Source: Nostoc sp. (GTDB lineage: Bacteria > Cyanobacteriota > Cyanobacteriia > Cyanobacteriales > Nostocaceae). Taken from it: a stretch of DNA of 64,000 nt. Within the stretch, counting starts at the first letter, position 1. Each line of letters begins with the position of its first letter. The translations under genes were made by a program, and so were the position numbers. Location of the stretch: NCBI GenBank assembly GCA_036918135.1, contig JBALDB010000001.1:128001-192000 (forward strand), in the 5' to 3' direction. Below are positions 29,313 through 39,518 of this stretch, one piece after another. Below the pieces are notes generated by a model that was given only the letters and a program-made list of their open reading frames with translations, was not told the origin of the DNA and ran no database searches.

Positions 29313-32066
29313 ATGACAAATATTCAAGACACAGCAGAAGGAAAAAGATTACTAGAAGACCGCAAGAAACAGAAATATTGGAAGCGGTGGGGTTCTTATT
29401 TGAGCGAACGTCAATGGGGAACAGTACGAGAAGATTACAGCGAAGGTGGTGCTGCCTGGGATTACTTTTCTCACGACCAAGCTCGTTCTCGTACCTATCG
29501 TTGGGGTGAAGATGGAATTGCAGGGATTAGCGATAATCACCAAAGAATTTGTTTTGCGATCGCTCTTTGGAATGAAAAAGACCCGATTCTCAAAGAAAGG
29601 CTATTTGGTTTAACCAACAGTGAGGGCAATCACGGGGAAGATGTCAAAGAATATTATTTTTATCTTGACAACACTCCCACGCATTCCTACATGAAATATC
29701 TTTACAAATATCCGCAACAAGCTTTCCCTTACAGCCAATTAATTGAGGAAAACAGAAATCGAAAATCAACCAATCCCGGAGCTTTAGAATATGAACTAAT
29801 AGATACAGGGGTTTTTGATGATAATCGTTACTTTGATGTTTTAGTAGAGTACGCTAAAAATTCTCCAGAAGATATTCACATCAAGATTAGTGTTACTAAC
29901 CGAGGAGCGGAAACGGCCAAATTGCATCTTTTACCAACTATTTGGCTTCGTAATACTTGGTCTTGGGGGTATGATAATCAAACAAAAGAATTTAAATACC
30001 TACAAGCTATCAAAACTGACTCGAACCTAAGCGTCATAGAAGCTGTTTATAAAGATAATCAGGAAGTTAAAAATTTACGTAAAGGATGGCTTTATAGCGA
30101 GGCTGCTAACGAACTTCTGTTTACAGAAAACGAAACAAATAAGGAACGATTTGGATGGGGTAAGAATTCTGACCCTGTCAAAGATGGCATCAATGATTAC
30201 ATTATTTCTTTCGGAAATCAAAAAACAGTAAATTCTACTCAAAAAGGGACAAAAGCCGCAGCTCATTACGACTTGACGATTAATCCTGGAGAAACCAAAA
30301 TAGTTAGATTACGGTTGAGCGATACAAATTTAGATTCTCCCTTTGGTAATGATTTTGAAACTGTATTTCAAACTCGCCAACGCGAAGCCGATGAATTTTA
30401 TCAAGCTGTTTGTCCTTCTTCTATTTCCGAGGATATGCGGAACGTGCAAAGACAAAGCTTTGCAGGAATGTTGTGGAGCAAACAATATTATCACTATGTA
30501 GTTTACGATTGGCTCAATGGCGATCCTAATCCACCAAAGCCACCAGAAAAACGTAAAAGTGGCAGAAACCGTGAGTGGGATCATTTATTTAATGAAGATA
30601 TTATTTCCATGCCAGACGCTTGGGAATATCCTTGGTTTGCTGCTTGGGATTTAGCTTTTCATACCGTTACCTTGGCACTAATCGATCCAGAATTTGCTAA
30701 AAAGCAATTGTATTTATTTACGCGCGAATGGTATATGCACCCCAACGGTCAAATACCAGCTTATGAGTGGGCATTTGGTGATGTAAATCCACCTGTTCAT
30801 GCTTGGGCTGCATGGCGTGTTTACAACATAGAAAAGCAACTGTATGGCAATGCTGATAGAAACTTTTTGGAAGAAATCTTTCAAAAGTTATCTATTTATT
30901 TTACTTGGTGGGTAAATCGTAAAGACATTGAAGGCAACAACCTTTTTCAAGGAGGCTTTTTAGGATTAGATAATATTGGAGTTCTGGATAGAAGTAACAT
31001 TCAGATTCCTAACGCATTCATAGAGCAGTCTGACGGTACTAGTTGGATGGGAATGTACTGTTTAAATTTGCTCAAAATAGCCACAGAACTTGCCAAAAAA
31101 GATTCTACTAACGAATCTAAGAGCGAGTATGAAGATATGGCTTCTAAATATTTCCAGCATTTCCTACTCATCGCTGATGCAATGAACAAAGTCGGTGGTG
31201 CAGACGTAGATATATGGGACGAACAAGACAAATTTTACTATGACATTCTCAAAGCTCCTAAAGGTGTAGTTGAAGGTGCAAACAATGATGGTGTATTGTT
31301 AATGAGAGTGCGGTCAATAGTCGGATTAATCCCGCTTTTTGCTGTAGAAACAATTGAACAAGAGATTGTAGATAAATATTTATCCTCAGATTTCAAAGAC
31401 CGAGTTTATTGGTTTGTTAACAATCGTCCCCAACTTACTAAACACAATAATATTTCTCTGAGAACTGATGGCAAAGGAGTTTATTTGTCGTTGGTAAATC
31501 AAGACCGACTCCAATCAATTTTGAACCGTCTGCTAAATCAAGCAGAATTTTTGAGCGATTATGGTGTCCGAGCTTTGTCAAAATATCATAAGGATCATCC
31601 TTATGTCTTACGGGCAAATGGACAGGAGTATCGGGTGGAATACGAACCAGCTGAATCAAAATACGGAATGTTTGGTGGCAATTCTAATTGGCGCGGCCCT
31701 ATTTGGTTTCCTGTGAATTATCTTTTGATTGAATCTTTGTCGAAGTTTCACGATTTTTGGGGAGATAAAATCAAGGTTGATTGTCCTACCTCTTCAGGTG
31801 AAAACAAAAAGATGAATTTGCAAGAAGTGGCAAACGAATTAAGCCAAAGGCTGATCAAAATTTTCCTGAAAGACCCAACATCTGGTAAGCGACCTGTTTA
31901 TGGTAGCTCAGAAAAGTTTCAAAACGACCCATATTGGCGTGATTTGATTTTGTTCTATGAATATTTTCATGGCGATATTGGTGCGGGTATTGGTGCTAGC
32001 CATCAAACAGGTTGGACGGGTTTAGTCGCTGAATTGATTCAACAATCAGCAAAAAACCTTACATAA
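29313..32066 (+). CDS. GH63/MGH1-like glucosidase
   Basis: [57 protein letters not shown]. Confidence 0.92.
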   Translation: MTNIQDTAEGKRLLEDRKKQKYWKRWGSYLSERQWGTVREDYSEGGAAWDYFSHDQARSRTYRWGEDGIAGISDNHQRICFAIALWNEKDPILKERLFGLTNSEGNHGEDVKEYYFYLDNTPTHSYMKYLYKYPQQAFPYSQLIEENRNRKSTNPGALEYELIDTGVFDDNRYFDVLVEYAKNSPEDIHIKISVTNRGAETAKLHLLPTIWLRNTWSWGYDNQTKEFKYLQAIKTDSNLSVIEAVYKDNQEVKNLRKGWLYSEAANELLFTENETNKERFGWGKNSDPVKDGINDYIISFGNQKTVNSTQKGTKAAAHYDLTINPGETKIVRLRLSDTNLDSPFGNDFETVFQTRQREADEFYQAVCPSSISEDMRNVQRQSFAGMLWSKQYYHYVVYDWLNGDPNPPKPPEKRKSGRNREWDHLFNEDIISMPDAWEYPWFAAWDLAFHTVTLALIDPEFAKKQLYLFTREWYMHPNGQIPAYEWAFGDVNPPVHAWAAWRVYNIEKQLYGNADRNFLEEIFQKLSIYFTWWVNRKDIEGNNLFQGGFLGLDNIGVLDRSNIQIPNAFIEQSDGTSWMGMYCLNLLKIATELAKKDSTNESKSEYEDMASKYFQHFLLIADAMNKVGGADVDIWDEQDKFYYDILKAPKGVVEGANNDGVLLMRVRSIVGLIPLFAVETIEQEIVDKYLSSDFKDRVYWFVNNRPQLTKHNNISLRTDGKGVYLSLVNQDRLQSILNRLLNQAEFLSDYGVRALSKYHKDHPYVLRANGQEYRVEYEPAESKYGMFGGNSNWRGPIWFPVNYLLIESLSKFHDFWGDKIKVDCPTSSGENKKMNLQEVANELSQRLIKIFLKDPTSGKRPVYGSSEKFQNDPYWRDLILFYEYFHGDIGAGIGASHQTGWTGLVAELIQQSAKNLT

Positions 32067-32074
32067 AGTTCTGA

Positions 32075-32193
32075 GAGGATGTTTGAAAAGTATCCTATGA
32101 ACACTAAAAACCTTAGAACGTAACTCCTCTGCCCCCCTTCCCTACCAGGGAATGGGGGTTTTAAGTAGATATTTTGACTTTTGAAACATCCTC
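32075..32193. mobile_element. MITE with IS5/IS1031-like ends
   Basis: 17-bp TIRs GAGGATGTTTGAAAAGT / ACTTTTGAAACATCCTC (1 mismatch), flanked by TGA and TAA. Confidence 0.78.
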
Positions 32194-32318
32194 TAAATAT
32201 TAGGAACTTTTTTCTAAAAAATATCCTACTTTTCATAGTCAACGGTCAACAGTCATCAGTTAACAAAGAAGCAACTTCAAACGTGATAATTTATTTCTTG
32301 AAGTTTCCTTAGATGAAT

Positions 32319-33152
32319 CTACCGCCAACTTTTGCTGTTGGATTGTTTGCTAAATTTGCCTTTGGGAAAAAGTCGCTGTTCTAATTCTTCATAACTGCCT
32401 TCAAAATCACAATCACTGTAAAGCGGACATTTCTGACAATAAATGCCTTTGGTATAACGTTCTAAATTTTCCCGATTAAAAAAATACGGTTTATGGCTAA
32501 AGGTACTGGCGACCCACTGCCAGGACATATTATTACTAGCAGGATCGCCATCTAAAAGGTGTTCGAGAAACCATTTAGCTCCTGCTTGCCAACGAACGCG
32601 CCGCCAATGCACAATGTAAGCGGCTATCCACATCCGTGCATGGTTATGTAAATAGCCAGTTTCTCGTAAATCATGGCTAAAGCTGTCAATACAAACTCTA
32701 CCTGTAGTTGCTAGTTTGATATCTTGCGGCAATTCGGGTGCATATTCAGCTAGAGTATAACCAGTTTTGTACTCTTCCTGGTCTTTCCAGATTCCATCCC
32801 CTAACTTTACATATAATCGCTGCCAATAATCGCGCCAACCCAACTCATTGATTAATTTAGTCGCATCGTTTTGCTGCTGTACTCGCTCAAGGACAAAATC
32901 TCGAATTTCTCGCAAACTCAAAACGCCATAGCGAATGTAAGGCGAAAGTCGGGTGACTGCACCTGCGAAGAAATTACGTGTTTGGGCGTAGCTTACTGGG
33001 TCAATTTTTTGTAGCGCTTTTTGTGCTGCTTTGCGTCCTCCTACAGTTTCGCTAATGTGGTCATCCCGTTCGGTTGCATTTGGGAATTGTTCGCGGAGGT
33101 AAGCTACCAACTCATCGCGGTTGGTAAATTCGCGTTGCATATCTTTAGACAT
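32319..33152 (-). CDS. Short single-domain photolyase-like FAD-binding protein
   Basis: RLSPYIRYG, ELGWRDYW, TGYLHNHARMW, LLDGDPASNNMSWQW; only 277 aa; C-terminal CQKCPLYSDC. Confidence 0.88.
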   Translation of the reverse strand: MSKDMQREFTNRDELVAYLREQFPNATERDDHISETVGGRKAAQKALQKIDPVSYAQTRNFFAGAVTRLSPYIRYGVLSLREIRDFVLERVQQQNDATKLINELGWRDYWQRLYVKLGDGIWKDQEEYKTGYTLAEYAPELPQDIKLATTGRVCIDSFSHDLRETGYLHNHARMWIAAYIVHWRRVRWQAGAKWFLEHLLDGDPASNNMSWQWVASTFSHKPYFFNRENLERYTKGIYCQKCPLYSDCDFEGSYEELEQRLFPKGKFSKQSNSKSWR

Positions 33153-33391
33153 GTGAACTTTGAAGGGTGGGAATGGACGAACAAAAATACTAGTAGGCTA
33201 AATTATTATTATGGCGGATCGATACGAGTAATTGTTCTCAACCTGATGAGAGAACTTTTTTCGTAGTTAAAGATAAATGAGTGCGTAAATATAGTTTAAC
33301 CAGAGATTACTGATTGCCCTAATTTTTACTGGTGACGTAAATATCCAGATGAAGCTAGACTCTCAAAAGAAACCGTGTTGCAAAAAACACT

Positions 33392-35179
33392 ATGACCCTC
33401 TGCATAAATCCTAAATGCCCAAGGCCACAAAATTCTCAAAACATACTGTTTTGTCAAGCATGTGGCTCAGAATTGCTCTTGGAAGGACGGTATCGAGTTA
33501 CTCACCAGTTAGGGACTGGTGGTTTTGCCAAGACATTTGAAGTCAACAACGGTAACACCCTCAAAGTCTTAAAAGTTCTCATGCTAGATGATACCAAAGC
33601 AGTATCGTTGTTTCAGCAAGAGGCACAAGTTTTAAGCCATTTGAATCATCCAGGAATTCCAAAGGGAGATGAATACTTTACCTTCTCCCCTAAAAATAGC
33701 CAAACGCCACTACATTGTTTGGTAATGGAGAAAATAGAAGGACTGGATTTGCACCAATATATGGAACAACGGGGTAATCGTCCCATTGATGAAAAGTTAG
33801 CACTTTTATGGCTAACTCAACTGGCAAATATTTTGCATGAAGTCCATCAGCAAAATTTTTTCCATCGAGATATCAAGCCACCAAATATTATGCTCAAACC
33901 AGATGGAAATCTTACTTTGATTGACTTTGGCACAGCAAGAGAAGTTACACAAACCTATTATCAAAAAGTAGCAGGACAGAATATAACAGGGATTATTTCA
34001 CCAGGCTATACACCACTAGAACAAGCCAATGGTAAAGCCATACCACAATCAGACTTCTTCGCCCTTGGTCGCACATTTGTTTATTTACTTACTGGTAAAT
34101 CTCCAGAGCAATTTTCTGAAGATCCACGAACTGGTAAGTTAATGTGGCGAGACAGTGCCTTACAAATATCTAAGCAGCTAGCTGGTTTGATTGATTATCT
34201 GATGGAAACATTTCCTGGCAAGCGTCCTCAAAATGCTCAAATGATTTTGCTATGTCTATCAGAAATTAATTCAAATTTACAGTCATATTCTCCCTCTTTT
34301 TCAGCATCACAACTACCGCCTACAGAAATAGAAAAGTCTAAACAAACTAGGCAAATTCAAACTTCGGCTAGTACTCAAATTCAATCTTCAAAAATTGAAG
34401 CCAATATATTCTCTGGTAAGACTGCCCAATTCACAGGTGGAGTAATTGCATTCACTATACTTTTCTTACTTAAATTCAGTAGTCGAGAGATTTATAAGTT
34501 ATTTGATTCTCATCGGAGTCAGCCAGTTGTGACTTCAACACCAACTCAGCTACAAGCAAGTAATTCAGAGGAATCGGCAAATAGTTCTGAGCCACTCAAT
34601 ACTAATTCAACAAGTCAAGCACCTGCTATCTCAAGTGAAAATAGTTCTCCAGACATTCCAGATAGATGGAAAAAGTTTGAGGGAGGAGGTGCAGAATTAT
34701 GGTTACCAGAAAGCTATGAAGGTGGTAACACCAGCAAAAATCTAGATACATTAATTAGACGACTAAAAAGCTTTGGTTCAGAATGGGAGCAGGTAGCTCA
34801 ACAAATTAAACAAAATCCTTCAGCAGTTTCTATTTGGGCTTTCGACTCAATTAAGGGTGATTCAGGTTTCCTAACTAATGTAATTGTTACAAATGAACAA
34901 GTAACTTCTACAATTAATTTAGAAACTTACTTGCAAGAGGTCAGCAAACAGTTTCCTGCTCAGATCCGAATAGTTGATATAAAAACAGGATTAGCTGGAG
35001 GTTATCAGGTAGGACGGATAATCACAGAAACATCACTAGGTAGAAGTGGAAAACAACTATATTATGTCATCAAAGATGGCAGAACTATTTGGAGTGTGGT
35101 TTTTTCTACTGGGATAGATGAATTTGAACAACGGTTACCAATCTTTGAAGCAAGTCTTCGTACCTTTTCAGTTAAGTAG
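33392..35179 (+). CDS. Membrane Ser/Thr protein kinase with N-terminal 4-Cys Zn-ribbon and C-terminal extracytoplasmic domain
   Basis: CINPKC..CQACG, GTGGFA, HRDIKPPN, DFG; TM GGVIAFTILFLL; S/T-rich linker. Confidence 0.92.
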   Translation: MTLCINPKCPRPQNSQNILFCQACGSELLLEGRYRVTHQLGTGGFAKTFEVNNGNTLKVLKVLMLDDTKAVSLFQQEAQVLSHLNHPGIPKGDEYFTFSPKNSQTPLHCLVMEKIEGLDLHQYMEQRGNRPIDEKLALLWLTQLANILHEVHQQNFFHRDIKPPNIMLKPDGNLTLIDFGTAREVTQTYYQKVAGQNITGIISPGYTPLEQANGKAIPQSDFFALGRTFVYLLTGKSPEQFSEDPRTGKLMWRDSALQISKQLAGLIDYLMETFPGKRPQNAQMILLCLSEINSNLQSYSPSFSASQLPPTEIEKSKQTRQIQTSASTQIQSSKIEANIFSGKTAQFTGGVIAFTILFLLKFSSREIYKLFDSHRSQPVVTSTPTQLQASNSEESANSSEPLNTNSTSQAPAISSENSSPDIPDRWKKFEGGGAELWLPESYEGGNTSKNLDTLIRRLKSFGSEWEQVAQQIKQNPSAVSIWAFDSIKGDSGFLTNVIVTNEQVTSTINLETYLQEVSKQFPAQIRIVDIKTGLAGGYQVGRIITETSLGRSGKQLYYVIKDGRTIWSVVFSTGIDEFEQRLPIFEASLRTFSVK

Positions 35180-35346
35180 TAGCATATAAGTAAAAATTGC
35201 TTCTAATTGTTTGGGTTTTGCTGTTGTTCAAGCAAAACTAATATTGTTTGTAATTGGTAATTAGATGCGATCGCCTAACCTATGTACAATTATAAAGCGA
35301 TATCTATAACGAGCTAAGCCTACCCAATCTTACTAATTCCTTGGTG

Positions 35347-35571
35347 TTAAAATAGGTTATCTTCTGGCTTGGAAACGTTGCCAAACTTCTCCAGAAATTC
35401 TGGATAATCTCTCAAGTTATCTAAAGACTGTAATGGTGGCATTTCAATCCAGTTTGCCTCTGTGTGTAACTTGTCCACATAGGTATAGAATGCTTCTAAA
35501 TCATCTCGATTTGCCAAAACATAAGCATGTAGGTCTTTTCTACTCATTGCCTGAAAGTTAGGCTTACTCAT
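35347..35571 (-). CDS. Small protein resembling DUF6887 family
   Basis: MSKPNFQAMSRKDLHAYVLANRDDLEAF pattern; ATG at 35571 overlaps the upstream TGA (ATGA). Confidence 0.75.
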   Translation of the reverse strand: MSKPNFQAMSRKDLHAYVLANRDDLEAFYTYVDKLHTEANWIEMPPLQSLDNLRDYPEFLEKFGNVSKPEDNLF

Positions 35572-35744
35572 ACTACATACCTCCATTTGCCATTGGGATA
35601 TATTTCTATAATATTTTTCTCACCTGCTAAGAGAAATACATTTCCTGTGCGTTCATCTATCCGAATCAGGTTTATGGACAAATACATCTTCGTCAACCAA
35701 TAGCACAATATAAAGCATTGTGTTCTTTGTTCAAGTGTAGGAAT
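35568..35744 (-). CDS. Unannotated 58-aa protein resembling DUF6888 family (ATT start or damaged start)
   Basis: Manual translation IPTLEQRTQCFILCYWLTKMYLSINLIRIDERTGNVFLLAGEKNIIEIYPNGKWRYVV; GAGG upstream; translationally coupled to the next gene. Confidence 0.68.
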   Translation of the reverse strand: MPTLEQRTQCFILCYWLTKMYLSINLIRIDERTGNVFLLAGEKNIIEIYPNGKWRYVV

Positions 35745-35854
35745 AATGTATAAGCCTCAGTATCGCTCATAAGAAAAAGCATAGCTTAATCTATGTACAA
35801 TTCTAAAGCGATGTCTAGGATGGGCAACGCTTACGCAATTCTCCTAGTGCAATC

Positions 35855-36334
35855 ATGAGTACCATTCCCCAAGTCGGCCAACCAGCATCAGATTTCTCCA
35901 CACCTGACCAAAATGACAATCTAACAACTCTCTCTGACTTCAGTGGTAAATGGGTTGTACTTTATTTCTACCCCAAAGATGACACCCCTGGCTGTACCAC
36001 CGAAGCAAAAGATTTCACACAATTGTATCAAGACTTCAGCGCACTCGAAGCTAAAATCTTAGGCGTGAGTCCAGATTCTGGTAAATCCCATTGTAAATTT
36101 ATCAACAAACATAACTTGTCAATTACTCTCCTAACCGACCCCGAACATATTTTGACAGAAGCTTACGGTGCTTGGGGCTTAAAGAAGTTTATGGGCAAAG
36201 AATATATGGGTGTGGTTCGCTCAACTTTTTTAATTTCACCTGATAGAATTATTGCCTATGCTTGGCCAAATGTGAAAACTAAAAGTCATGCTCAAGCGGT
36301 TTTAACTAAACTACAGGAATTAGTGGGCAAATAA
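35855..36334 (+). CDS. bcp: Peroxiredoxin Q / BCP
   Basis: VLYFYPKDDTPGCTTEA, GVSPD..SHCKF, RSTFLI. Confidence 0.93.
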   Translation: MSTIPQVGQPASDFSTPDQNDNLTTLSDFSGKWVVLYFYPKDDTPGCTTEAKDFTQLYQDFSALEAKILGVSPDSGKSHCKFINKHNLSITLLTDPEHILTEAYGAWGLKKFMGKEYMGVVRSTFLISPDRIIAYAWPNVKTKSHAQAVLTKLQELVGK

Positions 36335-36465
36335 AGTATTATTAGTTATTTGTTCAAAGTTCAATTGTAAATACAAATAACTAAAGTTAATTATCTTTGT
36401 TCTTACTATCTAGGTTAATACTGGAACAGTGTCATAATAGTTATACTAAATCTTTTAAATGAATT

Positions 36466-37092
36466 ATGGTTCAATTTATCCAAGCACAAAATATCGGGCT
36501 TGCTTATTTGGAAGAGAGATTTAGTCTACAGCTAGCTGAAGATGAGGCATTTTTTACAGAATGGTTTGAAAATTTACCAGAAATTACAGATTTAGAAAAG
36601 CAGGATTTAGAGAAAATAAAATTTCATTTTCTCCGTTTAGTCAAGTATCCTCCTTTGTCAGAGGAAACAGTTAAACTAGTAGTTTTATCTCCTTTACTTA
36701 ATTTAGCAGGATTTTATGATGAGCCTTTCTATATTAGAGGTGAACAATCAATAGAAATTTCTGCGGAGGATGAAGGAGAAATTGTTAGAGGTAGAATTGA
36801 TATTTTAGTTATTCAAGAACAATTCTGGTTATTAATAATTGAATCTAAAAGGTCTAGTTTTTCTCTTTTAGAAGCTGTAACTCAAGCACTTGTTTATATG
36901 CTGGCTAATCCTAATGAAGATAAACCTACTTTTGGATTAGTAACAAATGGTAGTAATTTTATTTTTGTAAAACTGACTAAACAAAATATACCAAAGTATG
37001 CCTTGTCTGATGAATTAACACTGTTGAAGAGAAAAAATGAATTGTATCAGGTTCTAAGTATATTAAAAAATTTAAGTAAAATTTTGAGTTAA
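36466..37092 (+). CDS. Stand-alone PD-(D/E)xK protein of HsdR N-terminal domain type
   Basis: SEETVK, GRIDILV..IIESK, QALVYM, GLVTNG. Confidence 0.8.
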   Translation: MVQFIQAQNIGLAYLEERFSLQLAEDEAFFTEWFENLPEITDLEKQDLEKIKFHFLRLVKYPPLSEETVKLVVLSPLLNLAGFYDEPFYIRGEQSIEISAEDEGEIVRGRIDILVIQEQFWLLIIESKRSSFSLLEAVTQALVYMLANPNEDKPTFGLVTNGSNFIFVKLTKQNIPKYALSDELTLLKRKNELYQVLSILKNLSKILS

Positions 37093-37095
37093 TTT

Positions 37096-38271
37096 ATGTC
37101 TATTCGTCCTATCTACCTCGATTGTCACGCTACTACACCTGTAGATGAACGGGTAGTAGCAGCGATGCTCCCCTACTTCACAGAACACTTTGGTAACCCA
37201 GCCAGTATTAGTCATGTTTACGGTTGGGAAGCAGAAGCTGCTGTCAAACAAACGCGAGAAATCTTAGCAGCAGCAATTAATGCCACTCCAGAAGAAATTG
37301 TTTTCACCAGTGGTGCAACAGAAGCGAATAATTTAGCTATTAAAGGTGTTGCCGAAGCTTATTTTAAAAAAGGTCAGCATATTATTACTGTTGCGACTGA
37401 GCATAGTGCTGTTCTTGACCCTTGTAATTATCTAAAAACTCTCGGTTTTGAAATTACTATTCTCCCGGTTCAAAAAGATGGATTAATTGATTTAATCGAG
37501 TTAGAAAAAGCTTTCCGTTCAGAGACGATTTTGGTATCAGTGATGGCTGCAAATAACGAAATTGGTGTGTTGCAACCATTAGCAGAAATTGGGGAAATGT
37601 GCCGCCAGCGCCAAATCATTTTTCACACCGACGCCGCCCAAGCTATTGGTAAAATTCCCTTGGATGTACAAGCGATGAAAATTGATTTGATGTCGCTCAC
37701 CGCACATAAAGTATATGGGCCTAAGGGTATCGGGGCGCTATATGTCCGCAGGCGCAATCCTAGAGTACAACTGGCTCCACAACAGCACGGTGGCGGACAT
37801 GAGCGGGGAATGCGTTCTGGTACATTGTATACACCGCAAATTGTCGGCTTTGGCAAAGCTGTAGAAATCGCTTTGGCAGAACAAGCTACAGAAACTCAAC
37901 GCCTCACCAAACTCACACAAAATTTGTGGGAACAACTTTCGCAGCTTAAAGGAATTCATCTCAACGGACATCCACAAGCGCGATTGGCGGGAAACTTAAA
38001 TATCAGCGTAGAGGAGGTAGATGGAGCCGCACTTTTATTAGGATTGCAGCCAGTGATGGCTGTTTCTTCTGGTTCTGCTTGCTCCTCAGCAACCACCGCA
38101 CCCTCCCATGTTCTCACAGCACTAGGACATTCCCAAAAGCTTGCTTATGCATCGGTACGGTTTGGTATTGGGAGATTTAATACACAAGAGGAAATTGATA
38201 TTGTAGCGAAACATGCGATCGCCACGATTCAAAGTTTGCGTAATTCGGCTTTTGTAAGGGTGGGAAGTTAG
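37096..38271 (+). CDS. iscS: Cysteine desulfurase (IscS/NifS class V PLP enzyme)
   Basis: YLDCHATTP, FTSGATEANN, HTDAAQ, AHKVYGPKG, SSGSACSS catalytic Cys loop. Confidence 0.9.
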   Translation: MSIRPIYLDCHATTPVDERVVAAMLPYFTEHFGNPASISHVYGWEAEAAVKQTREILAAAINATPEEIVFTSGATEANNLAIKGVAEAYFKKGQHIITVATEHSAVLDPCNYLKTLGFEITILPVQKDGLIDLIELEKAFRSETILVSVMAANNEIGVLQPLAEIGEMCRQRQIIFHTDAAQAIGKIPLDVQAMKIDLMSLTAHKVYGPKGIGALYVRRRNPRVQLAPQQHGGGHERGMRSGTLYTPQIVGFGKAVEIALAEQATETQRLTKLTQNLWEQLSQLKGIHLNGHPQARLAGNLNISVEEVDGAALLLGLQPVMAVSSGSACSSATTAPSHVLTALGHSQKLAYASVRFGIGRFNTQEEIDIVAKHAIATIQSLRNSAFVRVGS

Positions 38272-38273
38272 GA

Positions 38274-38301
38274 GTAGAGACGCGATTAATCGCCTCTGTA
38301 C
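38274..38301. repeat. GTAG-type REP-like palindrome between convergent genes
   Basis: GTAGAGACGCGATTAATCGCCTCTGTAC. Confidence 0.65.
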
Positions 38302-38340
38302 AAGAGTGAGGAGTTATTCTCCTTGTCTCCCCAATCCCTT

Positions 38341-39297
38341 CTACGGATTCTCGCGGATGAAAGTCTCAATTTCATCTAGTTCCTGCTGATTGAGGCGAAA
38401 TTCTCCAGCACCGATGATTCCTTCCACCTGCTTGGGATTGCGTCCGCCAACGATCGCCCCCGTTAGTGCTGGATTATTTAAAGTCCAAGCGATCGCCACT
38501 TCACCAGGCGAACGACCGTGTTTTTCACCAATGCGTTGCAACACTTCTACTAGTTTTAGATTACGAGATAGGCGTGGCTCCTGAAATTCCTTATTATTCT
38601 TGCGCCAATCATCATCTGGAAAATCGGCAACCCGCTCAGGTGTCATCTTTCCTGTGAGCAAGCCAGATTGCATCGGTGAATAAACAATCACACCAATGTT
38701 GTTTTCCTTGCAGAAAGGTAAAATCTCGTTTTCAACATCAGGTTTGACTAGTGAGTAAGGTGGTTGCAATGAAGTAACTGGCGCAATCTTCTGGGCACGT
38801 TGCAACTGTTGGACATTGAAGTTTGAAACCCCAATATAACGAACTTTACCTTCATCCTTTAGCTTGGCCAGAGTTGTCCACCCTTCTTCAATTTCTGAAT
38901 CTGGGTTTGGCCAGTGGATTTGGTAAAGGTCAATGCTTTCAATATTCAGTCGGCGTAGACTAGCTTCAACCTCCTGCCGCAGAGAATCCGCCTTGAGAGT
39001 GTTACCAATTTTGCCCTTTTCATCCCAGACTAACGAGCATTTAGTGAAAATATAGGGGCGATCGGATCGACCTTTGAGCGCCTTGGCAACAATCTCCTCC
39101 GAATGTCCCAGGCCATAGACAGCTGCGGTGTCAATCCAATTCATACCGAGGTCGAGAGCGTGATTGATGGCTGCGATCGATTCCTGGTCATCCTGCTCTC
39201 CCCAACCAAAAGCCCATCCACCTCCACCGATTGCCCAAGCACCAAAGCCGATTGGGGTAATCTGAAGCTCCGAATTCCCAAGCTGTTTGGTTTGCAT
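38341..39297 (-). CDS. Aldo/keto reductase
   Basis: GFGAW, IDTAAVYG, IDLYQIHWP, IGVSNF, YSPMQSGLL; ATG 39297 preferred. Confidence 0.93.
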   Translation of the reverse strand: MQTKQLGNSELQITPIGFGAWAIGGGGWAFGWGEQDDQESIAAINHALDLGMNWIDTAAVYGLGHSEEIVAKALKGRSDRPYIFTKCSLVWDEKGKIGNTLKADSLRQEVEASLRRLNIESIDLYQIHWPNPDSEIEEGWTTLAKLKDEGKVRYIGVSNFNVQQLQRAQKIAPVTSLQPPYSLVKPDVENEILPFCKENNIGVIVYSPMQSGLLTGKMTPERVADFPDDDWRKNNKEFQEPRLSRNLKLVEVLQRIGEKHGRSPGEVAIAWTLNNPALTGAIVGGRNPKQVEGIIGAGEFRLNQQELDEIETFIRENP

Positions 39298-39518
39298 ATC
39301 CACTTTCTCCAAGAATTTTTGAATCAATTAGTAGTGTAGGCTGCAAATATTGTTTCAACCGCTATCTCAAGTGTGAATGACTACTAAAGTAAATACCACA
39401 GCTAATCACACTTGTGTCGGATATACTAAATCTTAAATATTGTGCTGATAACATACTACATGTACACTAGAATGACTCGAAGATAGTAGCAGTTGTCAGT
39501 TAAACCCACTGAAATAAT

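Noticed and set aside
36466..37092. Type I restriction-modification system
   Set aside because: Only a short nuclease-like domain; no helicase, HsdM or HsdS nearby.
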